The notes: a model not told the origin generated them from the letters alone. 62,753 bases of DNA, filler included, from Hausera hauseri (GCA_046269625.1; 11 parts of 11 records of this genome joined end to end with filler, not necessarily neighbours in it), one strand, 5' to 3'; shown: positions 13,806-25,174, counted from the whole stretch's first letter. Numbers and translations: made by a program.

Positions 13806-13817
13806 TTTCTCCTCCCT
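13806..13817 (-). promoter_or_regulatory. Polypurine tract AGGGAGGAGAAA
   Basis: Purine run abutting the LTR TG. Confidence 0.8.
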
Positions 13818-13865
13818 GAGCGACACCTTGTATGTGCCTATTGCGTCAGGAGAGGTGGCGTTCGT

Positions 13866-15048
13866 TTATTGTCGGCACAGCAGTTCCAGTCTACTCCGGC
13901 GACTACTGTCGTCAACTATGTTCGCGTCTAACGTATAACTAGTACTGGGTTGATTCGGAATAGGAACAGATCTGTTGCATTCACCGTTTGAAAAATATTT
14001 TAGGCCGTTTGCTTCCGCTCGGCACACTGGACACGTTGTTTTCCCATTATCCAACGTCCATGTCTCTAAACATGTTCGGCAATATTTATGCCTGCATTCT
14101 TGGTTGTCCAATTTAACATGTCCTTGCCAGATATTTTCACTACATACTGTGCAGATATTTTCGTCTTCGTTTGTGTTTTTGTCACCATCTAAATCGACTT
14201 TGGGTACAATTTGGATTCGTTCGAGTACTAGCCCATCCTGGTCGGAATTTAGGTAACCGTATAATTCTTTTTGCTAGGTATTGATTGAACTTTTTCTAAG
14301 GTCATAATTTACGGGAACAAACATCCAGTCCATGATGGTTTCTTTGTCTAAGTCAAGAATTTTACCTTCTTTCTGGTAAGTTTGGTATTGCCTTTTACAC
14401 ATCAGTTTAATTGGGTTATTTACGGGAACAGTCAACTTTCCAGTCCTTTTTGACTTAAATATTGGGGCTAAATATTTCCTTATTTCGGCGTTTTCCCAAG
14501 CGTATGCTCCATCTGGTATTTCTCGTATTCCAGCACTTTTTACGTAAAACATCGCTTCCTTTATTTTATGGTGGCTACAATACTCAGCGGTTACTAGTAA
14601 ACTGGGGAAATCTTTATTTGTTGAAAAATGTACATTTTCTTTCGATCTTTTCTTTTTCAAGACATTCACTTCGGTAAAGATGATATCGTTGTCTGACTTC
14701 CTCCTTTGGGTTTGAGTTCTAGTCTTTTTTTTTTATTTCTTCTGAGTGCATCTCTTTTGTTTTGTCCGGGTTTTCGGTGCTCGTAGATTATTTTTTGTTG
14801 TCATTATTTCGTTTTGGATTTCTGTCTTTTCGGGCTTTTTGTGTTTTGCACTTACCTTTCGGTTATCTTATTCCTTATTTTTCTTTTTGAATAGATATTC
14901 GTACAAGGATAATTTTCTTTTTCCGGTGGCGAATGTTTTCTCTGTTTTGTTCTTTTTGTTTCCTTCTGGGTTTTTTGGTACTTTGAACATTTCTTGACCC
15001 TGGGATTTTTGATTAGTTGATTCTGAATTTTGACTGGCGCTGGGTTTG
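13866..15048 (-). pseudogene. 3' accessory ORF of the LTR element: Lys-rich linker, novel conserved domain and C3HC4 RING finger
   Basis: CTVC-x14-CRHKYCRTC-x12-CPVCR at ~14019-14153, in frame with ORF 14274-14669 across one TAG. Homologous to 19434-20309. Confidence 0.85.
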
Positions 15049-15148
15049 NNNNNNNNNNNNNNNNNNNNNNNNNNNNNNNNNNNNNNNNNNNNTTAATTAA
15101 TTAANNNNNNNNNNNNNNNNNNNNNNNNNNNNNNNNNNNNNNNNNNNN

Positions 15149-16430
15149 TAAGAAAGAAACCCGGCTCGAACGACAAAATCGATCTAGAAGAACAGAAAAT
15201 GCCAAAGTGGTATCCACCTCCTCACTCATTGAGGCCAGAGATAACTAAAGAGGTACAGCGGATGTTAAAGGCCGATATAATACGACAGAGTTAACGATCA
15301 TGGTACTAACTTATACTTATGGGTAAAAAGAAAGGAATTACAAAACATCGATTTTGTATAGATTATCGGGCATTAAATACGCTAATGATGAAAGATTTGT
15401 ATCCTCTACCATCAGCAAAAGAAGCTCTACACAGACTATCAGAAGCAAAATGGTTTACCACTCTCGACTTACAATCGGGATACTGAAAAGTGGAAATCGA
15501 AGAAGAAGACCGATATAAGATAGCGTTTAAACCACACGATGGCGTATACAAATTTAATGCCATGCCTTTCGGCATCATCACTAGACCCGCTATTTATACT
15601 AGAATGATGAATAAGATGCTCATGGGACTTGATCATGCATTCGCGTACTTAGGCGACGTGATAATAGCATTAAAGTGGAGGAAGAACACTTAAAGGACAT
15701 TGAAGATACACTCATGCTGCTAGAACAAGCAGGGCTGAAACTAAATGGAAAGAAATGCAAATGGGCACAGAACGCAGTATCGTACCTCGGACACATAGTT
15801 GGAGAAGGAGGATCAAACGTTTAACTACTACCGCATACCACCCACAATGTAATGGAATGGTCGCAACAGTCATTCGCATATTATCAACAGTAGTGAAAAA
15901 AGACGAAAAGGATTAGGATGAATTCCTAGAAGGAAAACAATTCGCGATTAATACGACTCCACATCCAGCAACAGGGTTCACACCGTTCTTTATGATGTAT
16001 GGACGAGAGGCAATCTTACCCACAGATCTAGGCATGACACCGTGCGAAAAGAATCTCGATGATTTAAAGCAAAACTTTGCCGAAATCTTACAGACAAGAT
16101 TGCAAAAGTGTTGGAAAGTGGCAAAAACATTATCACTTGAATATCAGGAACAATTTAAAAAACAATATGATAAAAAGTCTAAGCCTAATGATCTGAAAAA
16201 GGGAAATTGGATTTATATACATTACCCAGTTGCGAAGAAAGGTACATCCTTGAAATTAACACGTACCGGAAGAGGACCATAAGAAATCGTCCGCACAACG
16301 CCAACCACCATCTATGTTAACAAAAACGGAAAAGAAAAGGTCGTATCAATCCAAAGAGTAGTTAAAACAGATATAAGACCAGCTAAACACTACAATCTAA
16401 GACAGGGAGAAAACAAGACCTCGTCAATTG
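15149..16430 (+). pseudogene. Gypsy pol remnant: RT N-terminal part joined to the integrase C-terminal part
   Basis: RFCIDYRALN, LYPLP, FTTLDLQSGY, AFAYLGDV, then an abrupt jump (~15810) to IKRLTTTAYHPQCNG, GFTPFFMMYGRE and LTRTGRGP(Y). Confidence 0.9.
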
Positions 16431-17807
16431 TCACTAGACCAGTATCTTACGCACAGATAATAGTAGCCTTATCGTTGATTGCTATCCTAACGCCTAAGTC
16501 TAACGCTCAATGGTGGGTCGATGAAAATTCGTTGAGCGATATATATGGAATACGGAAAAGCAGACTAAAACCTTCAGCGCCAAAGGAGGGAATCCCAGCA
16601 CACAAATCAGAACAAGAAGGCGAAAAATTTTTACGAGCAATAAAATTAGATTATTTTTCGCCAGAAACCCCATGTGTTGGATTTAGGTTACCAGGCAAAT
16701 TCAAATACTACTCCATGATGTATTAAACCAAGCCGAGTCTGATTGTAAATTCGAGCTAGAGGATGATACAGCTTGTGTAACGTAGAGTACGGACATTCTT
16801 ACGCCCTCAGTTGTCGTGCATATTTATTCAACTGTAATGAAGTACACTCTGAAACAAATCTGAATTCACACTTAGTTATACTGCAAAATTATGGGGATTA
16901 TCTTAATATACAGCTGGAAGACCTGTTTCAATGTACTGACCCATTGAAACCTAAAAGATAATTGTATCCAAATAAACTCAAAAGGACGATTGATTAAAGG
17001 ACGAGTAATCACAGTTCAATTCCTGAGAGAGGACAAAGCAGCTTATAACCAACAATACTGTCAAATTGACGTTGCAAGGCCCAATAGATGTTGTAAGCTA
17101 CCTCAAGGGTATATATATAGAATTCGGTTAGACTTATACGAAGTTCGACCAAACCAGTCGAGTATTTTCCTGGGAAGCTGCCAACTAAAAATCCAATTTG
17201 GAGAATACCACCGGAAGTGACAACAAGTGGAATTACAACTACAGAAACGAATGTAACTATTCCAACTTCTACCAAAATTCCCCAGACAAGTGGATTACCT
17301 CCGAAGAATCTAGAAACGATTCCAATAAAATATTGGACACAACAGCATAAAATAACATTCATTGTAGAAGAAACACTTAATTACGATGTAGAAATAAGCT
17401 GCCGAACGGTACACAATAATCAGAAAGTAACACTGGTTAAGCGCAGTTACCGAATTAGATTCACCGATCTGAAACCTAAAACGGACTACATAATACAAGT
17501 GGGCGCAGAGAATAAACAAAGTAGAACATTTACAGTACGAACCTTAAATGTGATTATATTAATCAAACCACTGACGAATGAGGAAGCGGAAGGCAAATTT
17601 ACGACTACCGTTGAAACGGAAAAGCTAACTAAATGGACAACCACATCAGTAATATTAATTATTTTAACATCAATATTTGCTTTCGTAATTCTAATTGCGT
17701 TTTGCCAATTGATCTCCAAAAACTGTTGTAGTAAGCGTCATAAAATTACCGAGAGAGAACTAAGGGTGATGGTACCACAGAACGAAATTAATGATGGAAT
17801 AACCTGA
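16431..17807 (+). pseudogene. Env-position type-I membrane protein: internal signal sequence, beta-rich ectodomain, Thr-rich stalk, FN3-like domain, TM helix, Cys-rich tail
   Basis: IIVALSLIAILTPKSNA-Q signal in the integrase frame; TTSGITTTETNVTIPTST; FTDLKPKTDYIIQVGAEN (FN3 L-x-P-x-T-x-Y-x-I-x-V-x-A); TM SVILIILTSIFAFVILIAFC. Confidence 0.75.
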
Positions 17808-18479
17808 CAACTGCACATCGGGTTATTCCACCATCAAACAAAGAATTGATTCAGATTTAGAACAATACTTTGTTTTAGGACTGACCCTTATTTTGTATTT
17901 TCTTTCAGAATGGTAAGTATAATCAGCCGAATTTGAGTCGACGAATTCCTATAAGGATACGCAACAGTCTTCATTCCAACATCGAAAGTTATATACAGAA
18001 GGATAAATGACGCATTACAAACAGAAACGTACGTTGAATACCGGAAAGAAAACGAAATATTAAATGACTTGAAGGGTGCCACAGAAGAGAACCACACAGT
18101 TGTCCTATAGGCGATGCGCGAAAACAATCAAGCTAAGTCGTATGGCCTTAAGGAACTGATCCGAAATAAAATTACCCAAGTGGAAGATATATTTATTTAT
18201 CTAGCTAGAAAACCATCTAGAATAGAAAACCAACGATGGAACTGTAATGAAGGGCGCCGATACCGATTTAGTACATTCAGAATAAGCGGACAAGGCCTAG
18301 AAAGTATTAAATATGGTCTAGAATTTAGAATAGCGACCCCCCTGTTAAACTTATGTTTGAGGTGATACATAGAAAAAACTGCAACTTAGGCTTGCCAGTA
18401 CTAGAATTCAAACAAATCCCAACCGAAGCGGAGAAGGACGAACATCACCAGTCATTTAGGCTAGTACAGGATGGTCGTA

Positions 18480-18960
18480 ACATAAGAATTATGGCTATAA
18501 ATTGTGGCAGAGGAGACGATGGGTATGGGAAACCTATCGAAGTACCTATTGAAGAAAGAGATGGAACTGAGCTTTACTCTACCATTATAAACCCCGGAAA
18601 CATGTTCAAGAATCATATGCAGAAGTAAATGGTTTAAGAAAAAAACAACTTATAAGCGGAAAAGACATTCAACAGGTCTGTTCTGAGTTAGACCATTGCC
18701 TCTACGGGTGTATGATAACGGGATACAACGTAAAACGGGAAATCGAGCTATTAAGGATATCCGATGCAAATATTGCCGGACTTAGGGAAATAGCTGCTCA
18801 CCCGATGGTTCAGAATCGAATGAAGAAGACCGTACAAGGAAGAAATAGGCCGACCACACCGGAAGCCTTCTTTAAGTTGATGATTGAATCAATGAATAGT
18901 AATTTAGGCAGAATTTCAAGACTTCTAACAACCAGCCAATGTTCAAATATTTAAAAGAAA
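18480..18960 (+). pseudogene. DEDDh/RNase T-like 3'-5' exonuclease domain in the 3' accessory ORF
   Basis: IMAINCG..KPIEV....DGTELYSTIINPG....NGLRKKQL..GKDIQQVCSELDHCLYGCMITGYNVKREIELL..LREIA follows the REX4/DnaQ pattern. Exo I acidic residues are altered in this copy. Confidence 0.65.
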
Positions 18961-19433
18961 TTTACAAATCATTAAAATGGAAACATAAGTGGACTCCCAG
19001 GAACCCCACGTATAATCTACGCAATTCTTTAAAACCCGAAACAATAAAAACCGAATATAGAAAGAATATCAAACCTTATTCCCCAGCCAGAACCGTCCAG
19101 CCCATAAGTACACATAGCCTTATGGTTACACTACAAGAACCTATGGAAAAACAAGACGAAAACAAAACCGACTTACAAACGAAAAATAAAAGCAACATTA
19201 TGCCAAAGAAACAAAGAGAGGAACGAAGACTGGAATTAACGACTAAGAAACCAAAATTACAAGAGAAATCCCAATTCAAGAAGATATCATCTATTTATAA
19301 CTACCTATTCAAGAAGAAAAGAGAAGATGAGGAACAAAAAGTGGAGAAACAACAAAACAGTCCAAGTACCTCACAGAAGATAGAACCTATATAAAAGAGA
19401 ATTAAAAGTCCCATAATAACTGAAATTAATGCC

Positions 19434-20309
19434 GTGATAGGAAAGAGAATAAAAGGGAACATACATTGCAGAACAGCTCAAGATTTTCCCAGAATGCTGG
19501 TAACCACCGAATATTATAGTAAAAAGATAATAAAGGAAGCCATGTTTTTCATCAAACGTGCTCCAGCAATAGAAGTCTTTGAGAACACCTACGTATGGGA
19601 GAATTCCAAGCTAGGAGCTTACCTCACATCAGTCTTCCGTTCAAAAAGAACCGGGAAAATAATAGTTCCCGTGGATAAACAAATTCGAATATTGCTAAAG
19701 AAACAATATCAGAAATATAAAATAGAAGGGAAGATTCCCGACCTAGATAAAGATCTCATGGCGAATTGGACCTTGAAAGAAGTAAACTGTGACCCTCGAA
19801 AAAGCACCATTAACCCCAAACAAAAGGTGATACATGGATATCTGTATCAGGACGGGGATGGTCTCGTGTTCGAACCCATCGAATTAATTATTCAAGCTGA
19901 CTTGGATAGAGACAATTGAGACAAGGAAGATAACGAATGTCCCGTATGTGATACATACTTAAGGCAAGGCTATGTAGTTATAGACAATAAAAATTGCTGC
20001 CACAAATACTGTCGAGATTGCCTAGAGAAGTGGACACTCGACAACGAAAAGAGAACATGCCCCGTATGTCGGGCAGAGGCCACGGAATTGAAATACTACT
20101 CCGACGGGAGTTACACACGAATTGTTCGGATCAAACCTTACCATAGTTACAATTTGGAAACAAGCCCAGTAACCAATCAAGACCAACGAAATTCACCAAC
20201 AGATCTGCCTGAAAGAATAAATCAATTAAGACAACCTAGGACCTTGGGCGCCACCTCTTCTGACGCAATAGGCTACTTCGAGGATGCCGCTCAGCGAGGA
20301 GAGATGTAA
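19434..20309 (+). pseudogene. 3' accessory ORF C-terminal half: novel conserved domain and C3HC4 RING finger
   Basis: CPVC-x14-CCHKYCRDC-x12-CPVCR at 19938-20072, in frame across one TGA (19917-19919). Clear homology to 13866-14669. Confidence 0.85.
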
Positions 20310-20489
20310 CATAATGGATTGTAAATAATCGAAAACGCGAATTGTTTGCTCGAGCAGTGATTGAATGTAGATTGGAAGTATCAATAATGAAATTGTTGAA
20401 GAATTTAGATTATCAAAATATGTGACAATTACTCGGTAATTGAAGAAATGATCGAAAATGCATTAAAACACGAAAAATTCAATTTAATT
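20293..20489 (+). repeat. PPT (AGCGAGGAGAGA) and start of the 3' LTR (TGTAAC at 20305), truncated by contig end
   Basis: Same arrangement and sequence context as 13806-13860 on the related element. Confidence 0.75.
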
Positions 20490-21267
20490 NNNNNNNNNNN
20501 NNNNNNNNNNNNNNNNNNNNNNNNNNNNNNNNNTTAATTAATTAANNNNNNNNNNNNNNNNNNNNNNNNNNNNNNNNNNNNNNNNNNNNCATACTCATAC
20601 GCATCTGCACTATACCATATTTCTTCATGCACCGAACATCTCACCTGCAACTGCCTCCACTGCAGCACATAAACACTAAAAACTAAGGTCAAATTTTTTA
20701 AATTAGTGCATTGGCACATGGTACAAAATATGTACATCCAATAACTTGGCAGCCTGACCACAGAAATAAATGAACATGTGAAAATAATAATAAAAGAAAT
20801 GGAAAAGAAACAAAATAATTATGTACAATTAATTGGAGAGGAATGAAGAGGCTTAATCAAGCGTAACTAAAAGAGTCTACTTACAGTTTTTCATTCTCAG
20901 AAAAGTGAAATAAAACACTATGCAGTAACAAATGATGTAAGGGTCTGAGTGATCATTCTTTATGTCTTCCATTTGCTTGTCACAGAAGTGCACTACATCT
21001 AAATGTCCTCAGAGTGCAGGCAAATTAGTGTGACTGGTGAAATGTGCATCTCTTTGCATATTTCCTCTGTCGGCAGAGTGTTGCAGTGTAAATCTATTCA
21101 CTGTTGTCTCCATTTACTGCTGTGAACCACTCTGTCTTAATGTCTTGATGTAAAATCTCCATTCATCCTCCCTCCTGTAACACTGAAGGATTTAGTAGGT
21201 GAAAGTACAAGAACTCCTCTGTTGTGTTTATTGCTGTCTTTTCAACAAATTGTTGAAAATTTTAAAA

Positions 21268-22280
21268 ATGTCCAATCGAATTTTGGTGATAAACTTTCTT
21301 GAATTATCATCTTACGAATCTTTCATGTCGTTGACTGAATGGTACCAGATAGAACGTCGGGTGATAATTCGAAGATTACTGCTACAGATATTCATAGTTT
21401 GCATCGAAGTCAGTCCGAAATCTCTTGATGCTTGTCTTCAGTCAATGCTTTCTCTCGAACTGATACGTGATCCTCAGACAGCGAATATTGATACGAAAAT
21501 TTTCACATATGCCGCACTGTTGTTAAGTTCCTTAGTTAACAGTCCACATTCCATCAATGTTGATTTGCATGATAGATTGAATGTTGACCTCTGTACAGCG
21601 TTGCTTTGTAAATTGAGCGAATATTACAATTCCATATTAAATTCGACTAATTCACACAATTCTGATGATATCGCTGACGAATTGACAGGAGAACTTGTTG
21701 ATACAAACAGTTTTACACTTCATGTGCCGTTGTTGACAGACGATGTCATTTTCATGTTGTTGCTGGCGCTTCACAAAAAATTCAGCAATGTCAAAACAAA
21801 TCCAGTTTTGATGAGCCTTCAGTCGAAACCCGAATTTTCCCGATTGTTTGTAAAAAAAACTAATTCAAGAATTTAATCGCGATTCCGATCCCGTTATTAA
21901 AAGTTACCATGATGAAAGTTTTGTTCGTGACAGAACAATCGAAGAGAATAATTCGGTCAGTAAGATTTTATATGACATCTGTTCAAACCGGTATTTGTCG
22001 TATATAGTTTATCTTAATGATGCTGATGTTATTATTGATATAAAATCCAGACAACTAAATAATTTGCAAACAAATAGTCCTGAATTGTCGGAATATCTCT
22101 TTACTAAATTTGATTATCACGAACCCTGATTACATGGAGAAGGGAAAATATAAAGGGTACGATATAAAATAAGAGCTAATGTTTCTGAAAAATACATCAC
22201 ACAACGACAATCGGAATTTTTTGCTTGATGTCTATAGTGATGTAGCATTGCGTATAATCAGTAGCAAACTGATATGTAGC
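21268..22280 (+). pseudogene. NCKIPSD: NCKIPSD/SPIN90 (DUF2013)-like C-terminal region, frameshifted and intronless
   Basis: EWYQIERRVIIRRLLLQIF, SMLSLELIRD, YAALLLS, LLLALHKKF..NPVLMSL, FNRDSDP, VYLNDADVIIDI..RQLNNL...EYL. Confidence 0.7.
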
Positions 22281-22329
22281 AAAATATTTGAAATTTTAGC
22301 CAGACATTTAAACGCCTTAAAAGCAATAA

Positions 22330-23700
22330 CTTTTATCAAAATCCAACTACAGAAGAAATCAGCTGTTTTAGAAATTTCAATTACGTCGAAATAATCCTAC
22401 AATTATGTACGTGGTTTATGTGCTCATACTATCCGGTGTTGGACTCTGGAATCAGTCAGTGAAAATGATATTGTGGAAAATAAAAAGGTTTAGTTGCTTT
22501 CTGCAGAAATAGTCGATACCATTGTTCAAGAAATGCTCTCTATTTTACAAATAGGCTATGTAAATTATAAGGGCGATTTTGTTTCGCAGTCCAAAACAAC
22601 CGACGAGATTCAACAAATTTTTCGAACAACTTATGATCTATGCAATATCCCAATGCTAACGTTACATTGCATGGCAACATCTATAACTCGATAGGATTGT
22701 GAAACAGAAATTCTGTCGGATATTGTTTTCCATAATAAATGTAAACTTGACCAAAGAGTTCGTGATACAGCACAGATTACACTCATGAGATTGATGCTAA
22801 ATGTTCTTAAACTTGATTACGGATTGAACTCTAAATTCGTTTTGTCAAATGTTGTCAAATTAAAAGAGACTGTCACAGTTTCTTCAAGAATACTCAGTAA
22901 TTTGTAATTTAAGTTTTTTCATTTAGTTCCTTTAGGTTCAAAACCGGTATTGACCGAAGTAAAATTACCTCTTCCTCAGGTTCTGAAAAGCCTTTTTTCT
23001 GCTAGTTATACCGTGTCATCTATGTATGTTGCTGTTTCTCGTCAATCTATTTTACTAACATCGATTGTTGCTTGTCTGGGCGCAAGAAAATTGCGTCATT
23101 TACACTCGTATTGTTATCAATTTGTGATTAGTTCTCTTGGTGTTTGGGGACAGAGTACAACAGCAGTTTTGATGGCTGTTCTACGTAAACTTTGTAAGAA
23201 TGTTAAGGCCGCTGCGGAGGTGTATGATATATATTCCAAAGATCGATATTTTTCTTGTGATAACCGATCGTGCGATAGGTGGTGAGTGGATATTTTGTCC
23301 TGTATTATTATGTTTCTTGTATAATTTTTAGTGAAAATAACACGATTTTAATGGATTATGCTATTACAACTTTGGAATGTCTTAAGGCCGTTTGTCATTT
23401 CCTTTTGCTCGATGAGGCATTGAAAAGTTACCAGATTCAAGAAGAAAAGGGATCTTCATCTGAATCTAGTCTCTTCAGTTCATTGTTTAATCGTTCTAAG
23501 GTTGGTTATTGAAATGAAAGTTGTAATAATTGGTTGTAGGACTCATCCAAAGAAAACGTCATGAGCCCTGGTGCCCATATCATCGAAGCCAGACAGAATA
23601 TGTTGAGATTGATGCCAAAGGTTTTGGAAAGCTTATTAATACTTTGGGAAAGTGTTTCGATCTCTGAAGCAAGTACGAAATTTGATCGCATTTTCATTTT
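22330..23700 (+). pseudogene. DOPEY/DOP1-like internal fragment with short introns
   Basis: RQSILLTSIVACL..LHSYCYQFVISSL..LCKNV; DYAITTLECLKAVCHFLLLD; EARQNMLRLMPKVLESLLILW. GT-AG introns at ~23282-23331 and 23501-23539; in-frame stops upstream. Confidence 0.65.
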
Positions 23701-23894
23701 AGTCAATGTTACTGTGTTAAGACAGGAAATTGATTTATGTTCATAACACACTTTTGAAAATTTACTTATAAATAACCTTTAATCAAATCTTTGTAATATT
23801 CTCGGCTTTTATTTGTAATCCCATATTATGGTATAATGTCGATAGCAATCACTGGTAATACGACTTACCTCTCTCATTCACAATATCGTATATA

Positions 23895-25174
23895 CGTGTT
23901 GAGGGTAAAAAGTCCTTAGATTCGTAGAGAAATAAAAAAGATACGTGGACCTAATTTTATATTTCAAACAACAAACATATACAGGTTTTATTTTTCGACA
24001 TAATTCCTACGCAAGCTTACGCATTTTCTCCCGCGTTCGATCATGTTTTTGAACCCCATGTCGAAGAAATCTGAAGCCTTTTCCAAAAGAAATTTCTCCA
24101 CATTTTCCTTCAGATCGTTCTTGGAATCGAACTTCTGGCCTCGCCAATGTTTCTTGAAGTGGTTAAACAGCCAAAAATGGCTGGGAGCAATATTATGGTT
24201 GTATGGAGGGTGGTCTACAAGCACGAATCCACTCTGTAATTGCCTGCTGCGTTCGACGCGATGTGTGCACAGTAGCGTTATCGTGCATCAAATAGAAGTC
24301 CTGGTTATACGGCTTTCTTCGGAGGCCCCTGTCTTTATTGACCAGATTGATGTAGTGCTCAGAGTTGATGATTCCCTCCATGAAATCGACCTTCGCGACT
24401 CCTTTGGAGTTCGAAAATACGCTTAATATGACACGTTTTCAATGAGATGTGGCTGAATGGAGCACCTTTGGTGGCTTCTCATCGGTCAGAATCCACTCCT
24501 TTGATTCTCACTTGGAGTAGGGAATATAAAGACATAATGAAGTCTCATCTTCAGTCACGATATTTGCCAATAAACTGGATCCAAACTCCTCCAACAGGCG
24601 AAGATTGTTTTCACCTTGTGTTTTACGTCTGTTTACAATTTCAGCTGCTAAAAAGCATGGTACGAATCGACTGCGCGGCTTCCTGATTCCCAATTTTTCC
24701 CGCAGAAGCTGCAGCATTCTCTTCCTCACGTTTAGTCGCTGAGACAGCTCCATTTTGGTGATCTTCCTCTCTTGGGCCACCATTTCCTTCAATTTCTCCT
24801 TTTTCTCCGAACCGATTTTCACTGGTCTCCCACTTTTTTTATTGTCAAACACGCTTGTTCAGCCAGAGGAGAACTGATAAATCCAGTTATAAGTGGTCGT
24901 GTTTGATGGGCCTTCCTCACCATATACTTCTTGAAGCTGAAAAATAATGTCCTTCTTTTTAGTGTTCTTCAACAGCAAAAAACGAATAACACTGCGAAAT
25001 TCGACTGAGTTATAATTTTTTCAAATAAACGCCAACTAATTGCAAAGAAAATATACAACAATTAAACAAAACATATTTTAATTACCTACGTATAATTGTT
25101 CTTTTAAATGCAACATTTGGTTCCCCTATCTGTTTTATTTCTATACGAGTCTAAGGACTTTTAGCCTCACCACG
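23895..25174 (-). mobile_element. Full-length but decayed mariner (DD34D) element with ~43-bp imperfect TIRs and TA TSD
   Basis: TA-CGTGTTGAGGGTAAAAAGTCCTTAGATTCG... matched by the inverted copy ending ...CCTCACCACG-TA. Motifs SGRP, FVP, TEDET, HDNATVH, HPPYNHNIAPSHFWLF. Confidence 0.92.

Noticed and set aside
13808-13860. Hammerhead ribozyme (CTGAC...GAAA)
   Set aside because: The core reads CUGACGC rather than CUGANGA, GAAA is not conserved in the second copy, and there is no three-stem junction.
19917-19919. Programmed readthrough or a non-standard genetic code
   Set aside because: The homologous copy has its stop at a different position, all three stop types interrupt decayed ORFs, and a 900+ aa Pol is open in the standard code.
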